A DNA stretch of 64,000 nt, taken from assembly GCF_006345805.1 (NCBI RefSeq), contig NC_043001.1, positions 16,306,001 through 16,370,000 of the forward strand, in the 5' to 3' direction. Position numbers and translations under genes: made by a program. The notes under the pieces were generated by a model. It saw only the letters and a list, made by a program, of their open reading frames with translations, did not search any database and was not told the origin of the DNA. Origin of the DNA: Octopus sinensis. Lineage: Eukaryota. The stretch's first letter is position 1. Each line of letters starts with the position of its first letter. Shown one piece after another: positions 36,115-48,820 of this stretch.

Positions 36115-38212
36115 CGAGCCAACAAGAAAACCTCTTGATAGCCGCTCACTCTGCTTGACATAGCAGCCAAATCTTCCAAACATTTTATGCTATTACTACG
36201 AGCCAACGAGGAAACCTCTTTAGTAGCAGTTCAGTCTGCTAGACATAGCAACCAAATCTTCCAAACATTTTATGCTATTACTACGAGCCAACGAGGAAAC
36301 CTCTTTAGTAGCCGTTCAGTCTGCTAGACATAGCAACCAAATCTTCAAAACATTTTATGCTATTACTACGAGCCAACGAGGAAACCTCTTTAGTAGCCGT
36401 TCAGTCTGCTAGACATAGCAACCAAATCTTCCAAACATTTTATACTATTACTACGAGCCAACAAGGAACCGTCTTTAATAGCCGTTCAGTCTGCTAGACA
36501 TAACAACCAAATCTTCCAAACATCTTATGCTTTTACTACGAGCCAACGAGGAAACCTTTTTAGTAGCCGTTCAGTCTGCTAGACATAGCAACCAAATCTT
36601 CCAAACATTTTATGCTATTACTACGAGCCAACAAGGAAACCTCTTTAGTAGCCGTTCAGTCTGCTAGACATAGCAACCAAATCTTCAAAACATTTTATGC
36701 TATTACTACGAGCCAACGAGGAAACCTCTTTAGTAGCCGTTCAGTCTGCTAGACATAGCAACCAAATCTTCCAAACATTTTATACTATTACTACGAGCCA
36801 ACAAGGAACCGTCTTTAATAGCCGTTCAGTCTGCTAGACATAACAACCAAATCTTCCAAACATCTTATGCTTTTACTACGAGCCAACGAGGAAACCTTTT
36901 TAGTAGCCGTTCAGTCTGCTAGACATAGCAACCAAATCTTCCAAACATCTTATGCTATTACTACGAGCCAACGAGGAAACCTCTTTAGTAGCCGTTCAGT
37001 CTGCTAGACATAGCAACCAAATCTTCAAAACATTTTATGCTATTACTACGAGCCAACGAGGAAACCTCTTTAGTAGCCGTTCAGTCTGCTAGACATAGCA
37101 ACCAAATCTTCAAAACATTTTATACTATTACTACGAGCCAACAAGGAACCGTCTTTAATAGCCGTTCAGTCTGCTAGACATAACAACCAAATCTTCCAAA
37201 CATCTTATGCTTTTACTACGAGCCAACGAGGAAACCTTTTTAGTAGCCGTTCAGTCTGCTAGACATAGCAACCAAATCTTCCAAACATTTTATGCTATTA
37301 CTACGAGCCAACAAGGAAACCTCTTTAGTAGCCGTTCAGTCTGCTAGACATAGCAACCAAATCTTCCAAACATTTTATGCTATTACTACGAGCCAACGAG
37401 GAAACCTCTTTAGTAGCCGTTCAGTCTGCTAGACATAGCAACCAAATCTTCCAAACATTTTATGCTATTACTACGAGCCAACAAGGAACCGTCTTTAATA
37501 GCCGTTCAGTCTGCTAGACATAGCAGCGAAATCTTCCAAACATTTTATGCTATTACTACGAGCCAACGAGGAAACCTCTTTAGTAGCCGCTCACTCTGCT
37601 AGACATAGCAACCAAATCTTCCAAACATTTTATGCTATTACTACGAGCCAACGAGGAAACCTCTTTAGTAGCCGTTCAGTCTGCTAGACATAGCAACCAA
37701 ATCTTCCAAACATTTTATGCTATTAGTACGAGCCAACAAGGAACCGTCTTTAATAGCCGTTCAGTCTGCTAGACATAACAACCAAATCTTCCAAACATCT
37801 TATGCTTTTACTACGGGCCAACGAGGAAACCTCTTTAGTAGCCGTTCAGTCTGCTAGACATAGCAACCAAATCTTCCAAACATTTTATGCTATTACTACG
37901 AGCCAACAAGGAAACCTCTTTAGTAGCCGTTCAGTCTGCTAGACATAGCAACCAAATCTTCCAAACATTTTATGCTATTACTACGAGCCAACGAGGAAAC
38001 CTCTTTAGTAGCCGTTCAGTCTGCTAGACATAGCAACCAAATCTTCCAAACATTTTTATGCTATTAGTACGAGCCAGCGAGGAACCGTCTTTAGTAGCCG
38101 TTCAGTCTGCTAGACATAGCAACCAAATCTTCCAAACATTTTATGCTATTACTACGAGCCAACGAGGAAACCTCTTTAGTAGCCGTTCAGTCTGCTAGAC
38201 ATAACAACCAAA
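36115..38212. repeat. 85-bp tandem satellite, ~24.5 copies, with a 340-bp (4-mer) higher-order repeat
   Basis: Unit GAGCCAACGAGGAAACCTCTTTAGTAGCCGTTCAGTCTGCTAGACATAGCAACCAAATCTTCCAAACATTTTATGCTATTACTAC. The variant ACAAGGAACCGTCTTTAATA recurs at 36461, 36801, 37141 and 37481. Confidence 0.97.
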
Positions 38213-39384
38213 TAGCCAGAAGCCCATGCGTGGTTGCTGGGTCTACTAGACATAGTGACGAAATCTTCCAAATTCCACCTGAGTTCAAATTTCACTGCGG
38301 TCATTTTCGTTTACAGGGTTCAATAAATTAAAGGACCAGTACTGGAGTTCGAATTATTAACATCCTTATAAAGCATTCTGGTCATGTGTCTTTTCGATTA
38401 GGATTGGTCTGATGGTAAACAACGACACCATGCTATCTCTACATAACACCAACAAGAGGGAGACTCCACGTGGTGTCCGATGTGCTAAAACTAGTAACCA
38501 AACCCTCACCAATTACAACCTACCGTCTAACATAAAATTTTTGAAAAACGATGATGCAGGAGTGGTTGCGTGGTAAGTAGCTTGTTTACCAACCACATGG
38601 TTACGGGTTCAGTCCCACTGCGTGGCATCTTGGGCAAGTGTCTTCTACTATAGCCTCGGGCCGAACCAATGCCTTGTGAGTGGATTTGGTAGACGGAAAC
38701 TGAAAGAAGCCTGTCGTATATATGTATGTATATGTGTATGCATTTGTATGTCTGTGTTTGTCTCCCTAGCATTGCTTGACAACCGCTGCTGGTGTGTTTA
38801 TGTCCCCGTTATCTAGCGGTTCTGCAAAAGGGACCGATAGAATAAGTACTGGGCTTACAAAAGAATAAGTCCCGGGGTCGAGTTGTTCGATTAAAGGCGG
38901 TGCTCCAGCATGGCCGCAAGCAAAAGAGCAGAAATGTTGTCCCTAACACACACACACACAGTCTCGCGCGCGCACATTCACGCACAAAATCATGATGATT
39001 GTTGCTGAAATGCCTCGCATCATAGTTCTGCTTGATAAGGGCTGACCTGGGGTTAAATAACACATTTTTGAGAACTATCGAATTAGTCTACGTAGCCGTT
39101 CAACCTGCTAGAAATAGTTGCCAAATCACAACCTGCACCCTTAAAATTAGAGGGACACGTTAAATAATATAGTGCTAGATATTCTACATTTAAAAATAAA
39201 TGGGGTGTTCGTGGATGGAACGTCATTTATCATTGGTCAGTTCATTCAGTGGTAACCTGGCGCAAGACCATTCTCTACATTCTTTGATAAGTTTTTGAAG
39301 AATCTTTCTCACTTCTTCGTCTTTCTCTCTTCTGTCTGGTCTCCCTTTTAGGTGCATATTTGTGAACACACACACACACACACT

Positions 39385-40065
39385 AATGATTTGCGATAGA
39401 GAAGAGAAACTGAATACAGTTGTGGAAATTAGCTGCCCAGAGGTTGTTAACACGAAGCTGAAGATCAGTGAAAAAGAGAACACCTATGCTGAACTATCGA
39501 GAAATTTGCAGTTAGTCTATCCAGATTACAAGTTCAGGTTTATACCTATAATTATTGGGACCCTGGGATTTGTAACACACTGCCTAAATACCAATCTTGA
39601 GAAATTAGGCATCTCAAAACCTGAAAGGAGAAAGCTAATTCGAAGACTACAGATCCAATCCATCACTGGAACTGTAAAAATCTGTAAAACTTTCCTGAAG
39701 TTTATCATTTAAATATATTTGAGCATGTCTAGATATGCAACTATATGCATGAGAATACATACATCAAATATTCAAATCGGTACATACATGCATAATACAT
39801 GTCTAGATATGCAGCTATATGCGTGAGAATACATACATAAAACATACAAATCTGTATGTTGTTGTTGAAATTCCAATAAAGGAGCCTTGGATCTAGGTTA
39901 GACACCAGTTCTTTTTCTATTGGCAAGAAATCTTGAAATAAACTGAATAAGGACAAACAAAAATACTCTGTTGTTTGATGTTGAAATTCCAATGATGGAG
40001 CCTTGAATCTAGGTTAGAAACCGGCTCTTTCTCTATTAGTAAGAAATCTTTGACATAAAACTAAA
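39385..40065 (+). mobile_element. 5'-truncated non-LTR element with restriction-like endonuclease C-terminus (R4/Dong or NeSL-like)
   Basis: LMICDREEK..VVEISCP...EKENTYAEL...IPIIIGTLG...LQIQSITGTVKIC, a PD-(D/E)xK-type arrangement, followed by a 3' UTR. Confidence 0.75.
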
Positions 40066-40117
40066 CAATCTCACACACAAACAGAAGAGATGACAAAAGG
40101 AAAAACGATTATCTTAT

Positions 40118-40220
40118 GAACTTCATTAGCTTACAGCTGTTTCCACTGTAGGATGTGATGGACTCACAATTGAGTACCTGAGTAACAACTTACAGTTTCA
40201 TCAGAGCCTCAATAAAGTTC
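40118..40220 (-). ncRNA. Type I hammerhead ribozyme motif (family HH-C)
   Basis: Helix I GAACTTTATT-GA-GGCT / AGCT-AATGAAGTTC; CTGATGA at 40204-40198; helix II ACTGTA/TACAGT; GAAA at 40143-40140; palindromic ACAGCTGT helix III; GUA triplet with cut between 40132 and 40131. Confidence 0.85.
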
Positions 40221-40223
40221 TCG

Positions 40224-41521
40224 ACAATCTTACGGTTCTAGTATACTTTTCCGTCGATTTCCGTAAAAAACTTTTATTTTTTTACATATGGGCTTGCGGG
40301 AACTTTTGAAGTAATGAGAGCGAAAGAGACTAAGAGAAAGCGATTGTATGACGAGGGAAGTTCTTTTGAAGTTACCGCGCATAGGAAGCATTGATGTACA
40401 TGTGTGTGTGCGTGTGTATGTGTGTGTGTGTGTTTGATGGGGTGTGGGAGACAGACAGTATGTTGTGTAAGTGAAGTGCTTCTGTTAGTGTGTGTGAAGA
40501 GACAGAGAGAGTAATGTGTGAAGGAGAGGATAACTGAAATTTTTTACTCGGTTTTTGTAGTGCGTGCGTGTGTATGCATGTATGTGTGTGTGTATGTATC
40601 TATGTATGTGTGTGTGTGTATGTGTGTGTGTGTATGTATGTGTGGGTGTGTATGTATGTACCTTTGCCTGTTTATGTAACGGTCTGCTATGTAGAAAATA
40701 ATGAGGTTGACTGAATGGAAATACATACATACACACACACATACATACACACACGCATACATACATAGATACATACACACATACATGCATACATACATAT
40801 ACACATACATGCATACACACGCACGCACTACAAAAAACGAGTAAAAAATTAGTTATCTCTCTCTTTCACACATTACTCTCTCTGTCTCTTCACACACACT
40901 AACAGAAGCACTTCACTTACACAACATACTGTCTGTCTCCCACACCCCATCAAACACACACACACACATGTACATCAATGCTTCCATGCGCAGTAACTTC
41001 AAAAGTACTTCCCTTGTCATACAATCTCTTTTACTTGTTTCAGTCATTTGACTGCGGCCATGCTGGAGCACCGCCTTTAGTCGAGAAAATCGACCCCGGG
41101 ACTTATTCTTTGTAAGCCCAGTACTTATTCTATCAGTCTCTTTTGCTGAACCGCTAAGCGACAGGGACGTAAACACACCAGCATCGGTTGTCAAGCAATG
41201 CTAGGGGGACAAACACAGACACACAAACATATACATACACATATATACGACAGGTTTCTTTCAGTTTCCGTCTACCAAATCCACTCACAAGGCATTGGTC
41301 GGCCCAAGGCTATAGCAGAAGACACCTGCCCAAGATGCCACGCAGTGGGACTGAACCCAGAACCATGTGGTTGGTAGGCAAGCTACTTACCACACAGCCA
41401 CTCGCTTTCTCTTAGTCTCTTTCGCTCTCATTACTTCAAAAGTTCCCGCAAGCCCATATGTAAAAAAATAAAAGTTTTTTTACGGAAATCGACGGAAAAG
41501 TATACTAGAACCGTAAGATTG
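40224..41521. mobile_element. Foldback/MITE-like element with ~345-bp arms; SINE A inserted in the right arm
   Basis: 40224-40570 is mirrored by 40818-41026 plus 41404-41521, with a microsatellite spacer. Termini CAATCTTACGG and CCGTAAGATTG. Confidence 0.8.
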
Positions 41522-41860
41522 CCACCTTGCTCTCGTCTATCTATATTTCCCTCTCACCCGACTGACTAACTCTTGTATGAGTATCAGAAACAAAACTAAA
41601 ACCTAAACAAAAGAAAAAAATTTCTCTGATATATTTCACTGAATTCGATGTCATTGAATTTAGATTTTCGTGTAAATGTCACGAGTTCAGCATAGTGACT
41701 TCGTCGCAGTTGTTTCCACCACCACCACCACCACCACCACCATCATCATCATCAACATTATTGTCAGCATAATTATCATTAGCATCATAATCGCCATATA
41801 GTATCAACAGAAGAAGCACGGTCACTTGATACTCATCATCATCAAAGAAATAAAGCCTCC

Positions 41861-43174
41861 AAAAGCGGTGAGCTGGCAGAAACGTTAGCACGCCGGGCGA
41901 AATGCATAGCCGTATTTCGACTGCCGTTACGTTCTGAGTTCAAATTCCACCGAGGTTGACTTTGCCTTTCATCCTTTCGGGGTCGATAAATTAAGTACTA
42001 GTTACGCACTGGTGTCGATGTAATCGACTTAATCCGTTTCCTTGTTTGTCCCCTCTCTGTTTAGCCCCTTGTGGATAGGAAAGAAATAGGTATTTCGTCC
42101 GCCGTTACGTTCTGAGTTCAAATTCCGCCGAAGTCGACTTTGCCTTTCATCCTTTCGGGGTCCATAAATCAAGTACCAGTTACGCACTCGGATCGATGTA
42201 ATTGACTTAATCCGTTTGTCTGTCCTTGTTTGTCCCCTCTGTGTGTGGCCCCTTGTGAGTAGTAAAGAAATAGGTATTTCGTCTGCCGCTATGTTCTGAG
42301 TTCAAATTCCGCCGAGGTCGACTTTGCCTTTCATCCTTTCGGGGTCGATTAAATAAGTACCAGTTACGCACTGGGGTCGATGTAATCGACTTAATCCGTT
42401 CCTTGTTTCTCCTCTCTGTGTTTAGCCCCTTGTGGGTAGTAAAGAAATAGGTATTTCGTCTGCCGTTACGTTCTGAGTTCAAATTCCGCCGAGGTCGACT
42501 TTGCCTTTCATCCTTTCGGGGTCCATAAATCAAGTACCAGTTACGCACTCGGATCGATGTAATTGACTTAATCCGTTTGTCTGTCCTTGTTTGTCCCCTC
42601 TGTGTGTGGCCCCTTGTGAGTAGTAAAGAAATAGGTATTTCGTCTGCCGCTATGTTCTGAGTTCAAATTCCGCCGAGGTCGACTTTGCCTTTCATCCTTT
42701 CGGGGTCGATTAAATAAGTACCAGTTACGCACTGGGGTCGATGTAATCGACTTAATCCGTTTCCTTGTTTCTCCTCTCTGTGTTTAGCCCCTTGTGGGTA
42801 GTAAAGAAATAGGTATTTCGTCTGCCGTTACGTTCTGAGTTCAAATTCCGCCGAGGTCGACTTTGCCTTTCATCCTTTCGGGGTCCATAAATCAAGTACC
42901 AGTTACGCACTCGGATCGATGTAATTGACTTAATCCGTTTGTCTGTCCTTGTTTGTCCCCTCTGTGTGTGACCCCTTGTGAGTAGTAAAGAAATAGGTAT
43001 TTCGTCTGCTGTTACGTTGTCAGTTCAAATTCCGCCGAGGTCAACTGTGCCTTTCATCCTTTCGGAGTCGATAAATTAAGTACCAGTTACACACTGGAAT
43101 CTATCTAATCGGCTTAATCCCTTTGTTTGTCCCCTCTATGTTTAGCCCTTTGTGGGCAATAAAGAAATAAGAAA
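41861..43174 (+). repeat. SINE B head followed by a tandem array of ~180-bp headless SINE units (361-bp dimer period)
   Basis: Junction GAAATAG|GTATTTCGTC is repeated; diagnostic TCCATAAATCAAG at 42161, 42522 and 42884. Confidence 0.9.
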
Positions 43175-44317
43175 TGAAGCCTCCACAAATTCTCTCGACT
43201 TGCCAGAATAAAATCAATAAAATCTCATTTTTTTTTTAAAGGTTACATTCCATAATATAAAATCCTGGCTACACTGTTCCTCGACGTCATAGCCACGGTC
43301 GGAATGCCTAGCAATATCGCAACCATCATCATCATCATCATCAGACAAATCAGGGGTCTCCCTCTACGAAGTCTTTCAAACCGCTACACACAACTCTCTT
43401 AGAAGAATACATTGGATAATAATTTTTCACTAGGCGCAAGACCTGAAATTTTGGGAAAAGGGGCAAATCGATGACATCGACCCTAGTACTCAACTGGTAT
43501 TTAATTTATCGACCCGAAAGGATGAAAGGCAAAGTCGACCTCGGCGGAATTTGAACTCAGAACGCAACGGTAGACGAAATACCTATTTCTTTACTACCTA
43601 CAAGGGGCTAAACACAGAGAGGACAAACAAGGACAGACAAACGGATTAAGTCGATTATATCGATTCCAGTGCCTAACTGGTACTTATTTAATCGATCCCC
43701 AAAGGATGAATGGCTAAGTCGACCTCGGCGGATTTTGAACTCAGAACGTAACAGCAGACGAAATACGGCTACGCATTTCGCCCGGCGTGCTAACGATTCT
43801 GCCAGCTCGAAACGGCTTAGTCATGGCTGGAACGTCTATACTTTATAAATTTGCTTAATCGGGATTAAACGACAACCAAGAGGGAAATTATCCAACCACG
43901 TGTACGTTCCACAGAGATCTTAAAAGTTTACCATTCTAAATTTTTTAGGGTAATAAAATAAAGTAATTTTCATTTGGGATATTTCTATAATTTATTAGCT
44001 TATATTTTAATGGGTATTTTTGACTAGTTAGTTTAATTGTCATTAACAACTATGTTTTCCTTCTCCCATTTGAAGCTCGTCCACACATTAGTAGATACAC
44101 CTTGGGTATAATAATAAAAATTTACCGAAAGTAATCATTGTTTCGGTCATATATGTACTTCTTATGGTTCATTACAAACTTTTAAGCCATAACTCAACCG
44201 CCAGCGGCATAATTTTGCCTAAAATAAATAATTAAGTAGTCTATTTATGCATCTTATATCATTATACAACCAAACCCTCAGCAATCAGAAAAAAATCTGC
44301 CGGAATAAATAATCAAG

Positions 44318-44960
44318 AAAGATAGGGGAGACAACCCCTGCGGCTTTATATAGCTATGGTAAGACCTCATCTGGAATTTGCATCACCGGTCTGGAACCCC
44401 TATCTTGCCCAGGATATCAATCGTCTGGAAGCTGTTCAGCGACGTGCAACCAAAAGAATACCCTCCATCAGGCATTTGCCATATCCTGAACGCCTTACTT
44501 CCCTGGGCATGGACACATTGAAACTCCGACGTCTGGCAGCTGACTTGGCAGACACCCATAAAATTATCAACCATCGTACTAACAATAACTCTGAGCACCT
44601 TTTCAAACTCCACCTGTCTAACACCCGTGGACATGTTTACAAAGTCAGAAAACAGCACAGCTCCCATGACTTTAGGAAACATTTTTTTCATGCTAAGAGT
44701 TGCTGAAGCATGGAACAAACTGCCAGCATCAGTTGTTAGTTGTCGGAGCATTGCATCCTTCAAAACTTCCATGCTTTCTGAGATTCGCCAACACTACACC
44801 TGATTTTCTGCCCTCCATACACACACAAGCATGTATCTGACTCATGCATTGTTCGCTTTCCAGACATTTTTACATTACTGCATGTACTTTATATGCACTT
44901 TCTGACAAGTTGTGGTGCACCTGAGCACTGTATACAATAATTTCATTATTATTATTATTA
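44318..44960 (+). mobile_element. CR1-group LINE 3' end with (TTA)n tail
   Basis: VRPHLEFASPVWNPY...LEAVQRRATK.IP..LPYPERL..LG..TL..RR..DL...KI...NTRGH..K. Related pieces at 45950-46690(+) and 47882-48312(-). Confidence 0.9.
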
Positions 44961-45488
44961 TAAATCAAATGAATTACAGAATGCAGAGAGCAATGACTTG
45001 ATATTTGGTGGTGTGTTGGACAACTCTGATTGTTTCGTTCCTATTATATATCATCAGCCAAGCATTGTTTAGCATAGAGATAGACAACCCACACCTTTTT
45101 GATTGGCACGCCCAGTGAATAATTACTCTTTTTATTTGTTTTAGTCATCTGACTGTGGCCATGCTGGAGCACCACCTTTAGTTGAGCAAATCGACCCCCA
45201 GGACTTATTCTTTGGCAGCCTTGTACTTATTCTATCGGTTCCTTTTGCCGAACCGCTAAGTTACGGGGACGTAAGCACACCAGCATCGGTTGTCAAGTGA
45301 TGTTGGTGGGGGGACAAACACAGACACACACACACACATATATACATATATACGACAGGCTTCTTTTAGTTTCCGTCTACCAAATCCACTCACAAGGGTT
45401 TGGTCAACCTGAGGCTATAGTAGAAGACACTTGCCCAAGGTGCCACGCAGTGGGACTGAACCAGGGACCATGTAGTTCGTAAGCAAGT

Positions 45489-45529
<41 letters not shown>

Positions 45530-45858
45530 CACATATATACGATGGGCTTCTTTCAGTTTCCGTCTGCCAAATCCACTCACAAGGCTTTGGTCAACCCGAG
45601 CCTATAGTAGAAGACACTTGCCCAAGGTGCCATGCAGTGGGACTGAACCTGTAACCATGTGGTTCATAAGCAAGCTACTTACCACACAGCCACTCCTGCG
45701 CCTTTATTTCAATTAAATTTTAAAATGATGCAGAATTTTGTAAAATAACTTTTCCATTATTAAGCTGATAATTGAAACGTGAATTAATATGATTTTTTTA
45801 AAATTTTGATGGAAGGTTGTTAATTTAAATCACTTAAAAAGAAGGGGTTTGTATCATA

Positions 45859-46686
45859 AAACCAAAAGTAGTCTCAGGTGGTTAAATATCCAAAAGAATT
45901 TAGGAGGTTGAGTAGCATGGCTCTGGCCCTGATAGCATTACAATTCTCTGGTGTCAAATGAGTCAGGTATAACAGCAAAAAGAAATGTGAGGACAACACT
46001 GAACACCTTTTTGATCTCCATGTGTCTAACACACGTGGACATGCCTACAATGTCAGAAAACAACACAGCTCCCATGACTTTCAGAAACATTTTTTCACGC
46101 TCAGAGTTGCTGAAGCATGGAACAAACTGCCTGCATCAGTTGTTGACTGCCATGACACTGCATCCTTTAAGGCCCTCATGCTTTCCGAAATCCGCCGAAA
46201 CTACACCTGATTATACATACACTTTAGATGAGTTGTAGTGCACCTGAGCACTGTACACAATGTTATTATTATTATTATTATTATTAAAACCAAAAGTAGT
46301 CTCAGGTGGTTAAATATCCAAAAGAATTTAGGAGGATGAGTTGCATGGCTCTGGCCCTGATAGCATTACAATTCTCTGGTGTCAAATGAGTCAGGTATAA
46401 CAGCAAAAAGAAATGTGAGGACAACACTGAACACCTTTTTGATCTCCATGTGTCTAACACACGTGGACATGCCTACAAAGTCAGAAAACAACACAACTCC
46501 CATGACTTTCAGAAACATTTTTTCACGCTCAGAGTTGCTGAAGCATGGAACAAACTGCCTGCGTCAGTTGTTGACTGCCATGACACTGCATCCTTTAAGG
46601 CCCTCATGCTTTCCGAAATCTGCCGAAACTACACCCGATTATACATACACTTTAGATGAGTTGTAGTGCACCTGAGCACTGTACAC

Positions 46687-46688
<2 letters not shown>
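45859..46688. repeat. 428-bp direct tandem duplication containing a CR1 3' fragment
   Basis: AAAACCAAAAGTAGTCTCAGG recurs at about 45859 and 46287; the copies differ by only a few substitutions. Confidence 0.9.
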
Positions 46689-46720
<32 letters not shown>

Positions 46721-46830
46721 TCATCATCATCATCATCATCATCATCATCACCATCATCACCATCATCACCACCATCACCACCATCACCACCACCACCACC
46801 ACCACCACCACACCACCACCACCACACCAC

Positions 46831-46863
<33 letters not shown>

Positions 46864-46865
46864 TA
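46689..46865. repeat. (CAT)n/(CAC)n microsatellite
   Basis: Seen directly in the sequence. Confidence 0.95.
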
Positions 46866-47888
46866 AGAGTTGTAATTGATTGTCACACTTTATTCCAACA
46901 CCTAATGGATGATACAGCAAAGGTTGGTACATTTTGAATGATTCTGTCAGAAAATATACCTATTGGTTTCTCATGCAGTTGGAACTTGGTGATGTGTACT
47001 TGACAAAACAGGAAAACAAATACATGACTTCTGCTAGAAAACAGGAACGGACATATGGAACAGACATATGGCATCTCGTTGCTATTTTATTTTTACCAAT
47101 TAAAAACCCCAGTCATGATCTGAACCTCTTCAGCACTTTACCATTTTTCCTTGGACCCTCCAAATTTCTCTTCACTGTGAAAAGCCTGTATTCAGCCACA
47201 GCTCTTTTCAATAACAATGGTTAATCAGCTTTCATACTCCCTATCACACTTTATATCCCAATCTTGTACTGCCACCCTCTTCTATCCAGCTGAATTTGTG
47301 CGGTTATGTTTGCCAGTAGTTTAACAGGTTTTTTTATGAGCATTAAAAAGAGCACAACTGTGTTAACTTCTCTGTAGGCCATAGACTAACAACACCTTTG
47401 TACCAACACTTCAATCCTACATGAGAATCCACCTACTTCTTTTCCAACACTTTTGCCAACTTTCTAGCAATTTCTGTCATTATAGACAACACCCACCTGT
47501 CCATTTCCAAATACTATAAGCCAATGCTTAACCCTTTTGTTACTGTATTTATTTTCAGATGCTCTGTGTTTTTTTCAATTACTTTAAATATAACAAAGAA
47601 TTTAGTAAAATAACTTAGTTATCATTCAGTTAGTGTTAGGAACATAAATTGTGACTAAGGTTTGGTGGAAGATTTTAATCCAAAACTTATGAAAACAAGA
47701 CATTTGTACTCAGAGCCGGTTTCAGCCGGGTTGGTAATGAAAGGGTTAATCACTCTTACCTCAGCTGATCTTCCTGTCATCCACATACACAAAATCATCT
47801 AATCTCCATCTCTATCAACTACACAGTAAGGACCCGGATTTCCACCAGAAATCCCAAAAGGTATGACACTTCTTATTTAATAATAATG

Positions 47889-47919
<31 letters not shown>

Positions 47920-48771
47920 AATTATTGTATACAGTGCTCAGGTGCACCACAACTTGTCAAAAGTGCGTATAAAGCATATGCAGTAATGTAGAAATGTCTG
48001 GAAAGCGAACAGTGTATTAGTCAGATACATGCTTGTGTGTGTATGGAGGGGAGAAAATCAAGTGTAGTGTTGGCGAATCTCAGGAAGCATGGAAGTTTTG
48101 AAGGATGCAGTGCTCCGACAACTAACAACCGATGCCGGCAGTTTGTTCCATGCTTCAGCAACTCTCAGCGTGAAAAAATGTTTCCTGAAGTCATGGGAGC
48201 TATGCTGTTTTCTTACTTTGTAAATATGTCCACGGGTGTTAGATGGGTGGAGTTTGAAGAGGTGCTCTGAGTTATTGTTTGTGCGATGGTTGATAATTTT
48301 ATTTTTTTTAAATGTAAGTGTTCTTGTTCTATTATGAATACAACACTTCACCACGCCAGAGCTATTGGCCATGCTACTACACTCCCACTGGGAGCTCAAG
48401 CATCTGCTTGCCAACCAGATCTCATTCCCTTCTCTTTTATGTTTCACTCAATGACCCTTACATTAAATCATTTAATGACCCTTCCATTAAATTGCTCACT
48501 CCTCCATAACTTCTACTTTCTACTCCCTTATAACCTTACTTACTTTTACTTTTACTTTTACTTGTTTCAGTCATTTGACTGCGGCCATGCTGGAGCACCG
48601 CCTTTAGTCGAGCAAATCGACTCCGGGACTTATTCTTTGTAAGCCCAGTACTTATTCTATCGGTCTCTTTTTGCCGAACCGCTAAGTGACGGGGACGTAA
48701 ACACACCAGCATCTGTTGTCAAGCAATGCTAGGGGGACAAACACAGACACAAACACACACATGTATATATA

Positions 48772-48820
<49 letters not shown>

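Noticed and set aside
36115-38212. CRISPR-like regular array
   Set aside because: Units are contiguous and near-identical with no unique spacers; no cas genes; eukaryotic context.
39223-39352. Helical-looking frame REKDEEVRKILQKLIKECREW
   Set aside because: No credible acceptor or start; purine bias alone can produce it.
43240-43360. Acidic minus-strand frame RETPDLSDDDDDDGCD...
   Set aside because: Built around a (CAT)n run; weak splice signals; no partner exons established.
46890-47060. Candidate minus-strand exon (HITKFQLHEKPIG...)
   Set aside because: No recognisable homology, ambiguous splice sites, and adjacent sequence looks like a decayed ORF.
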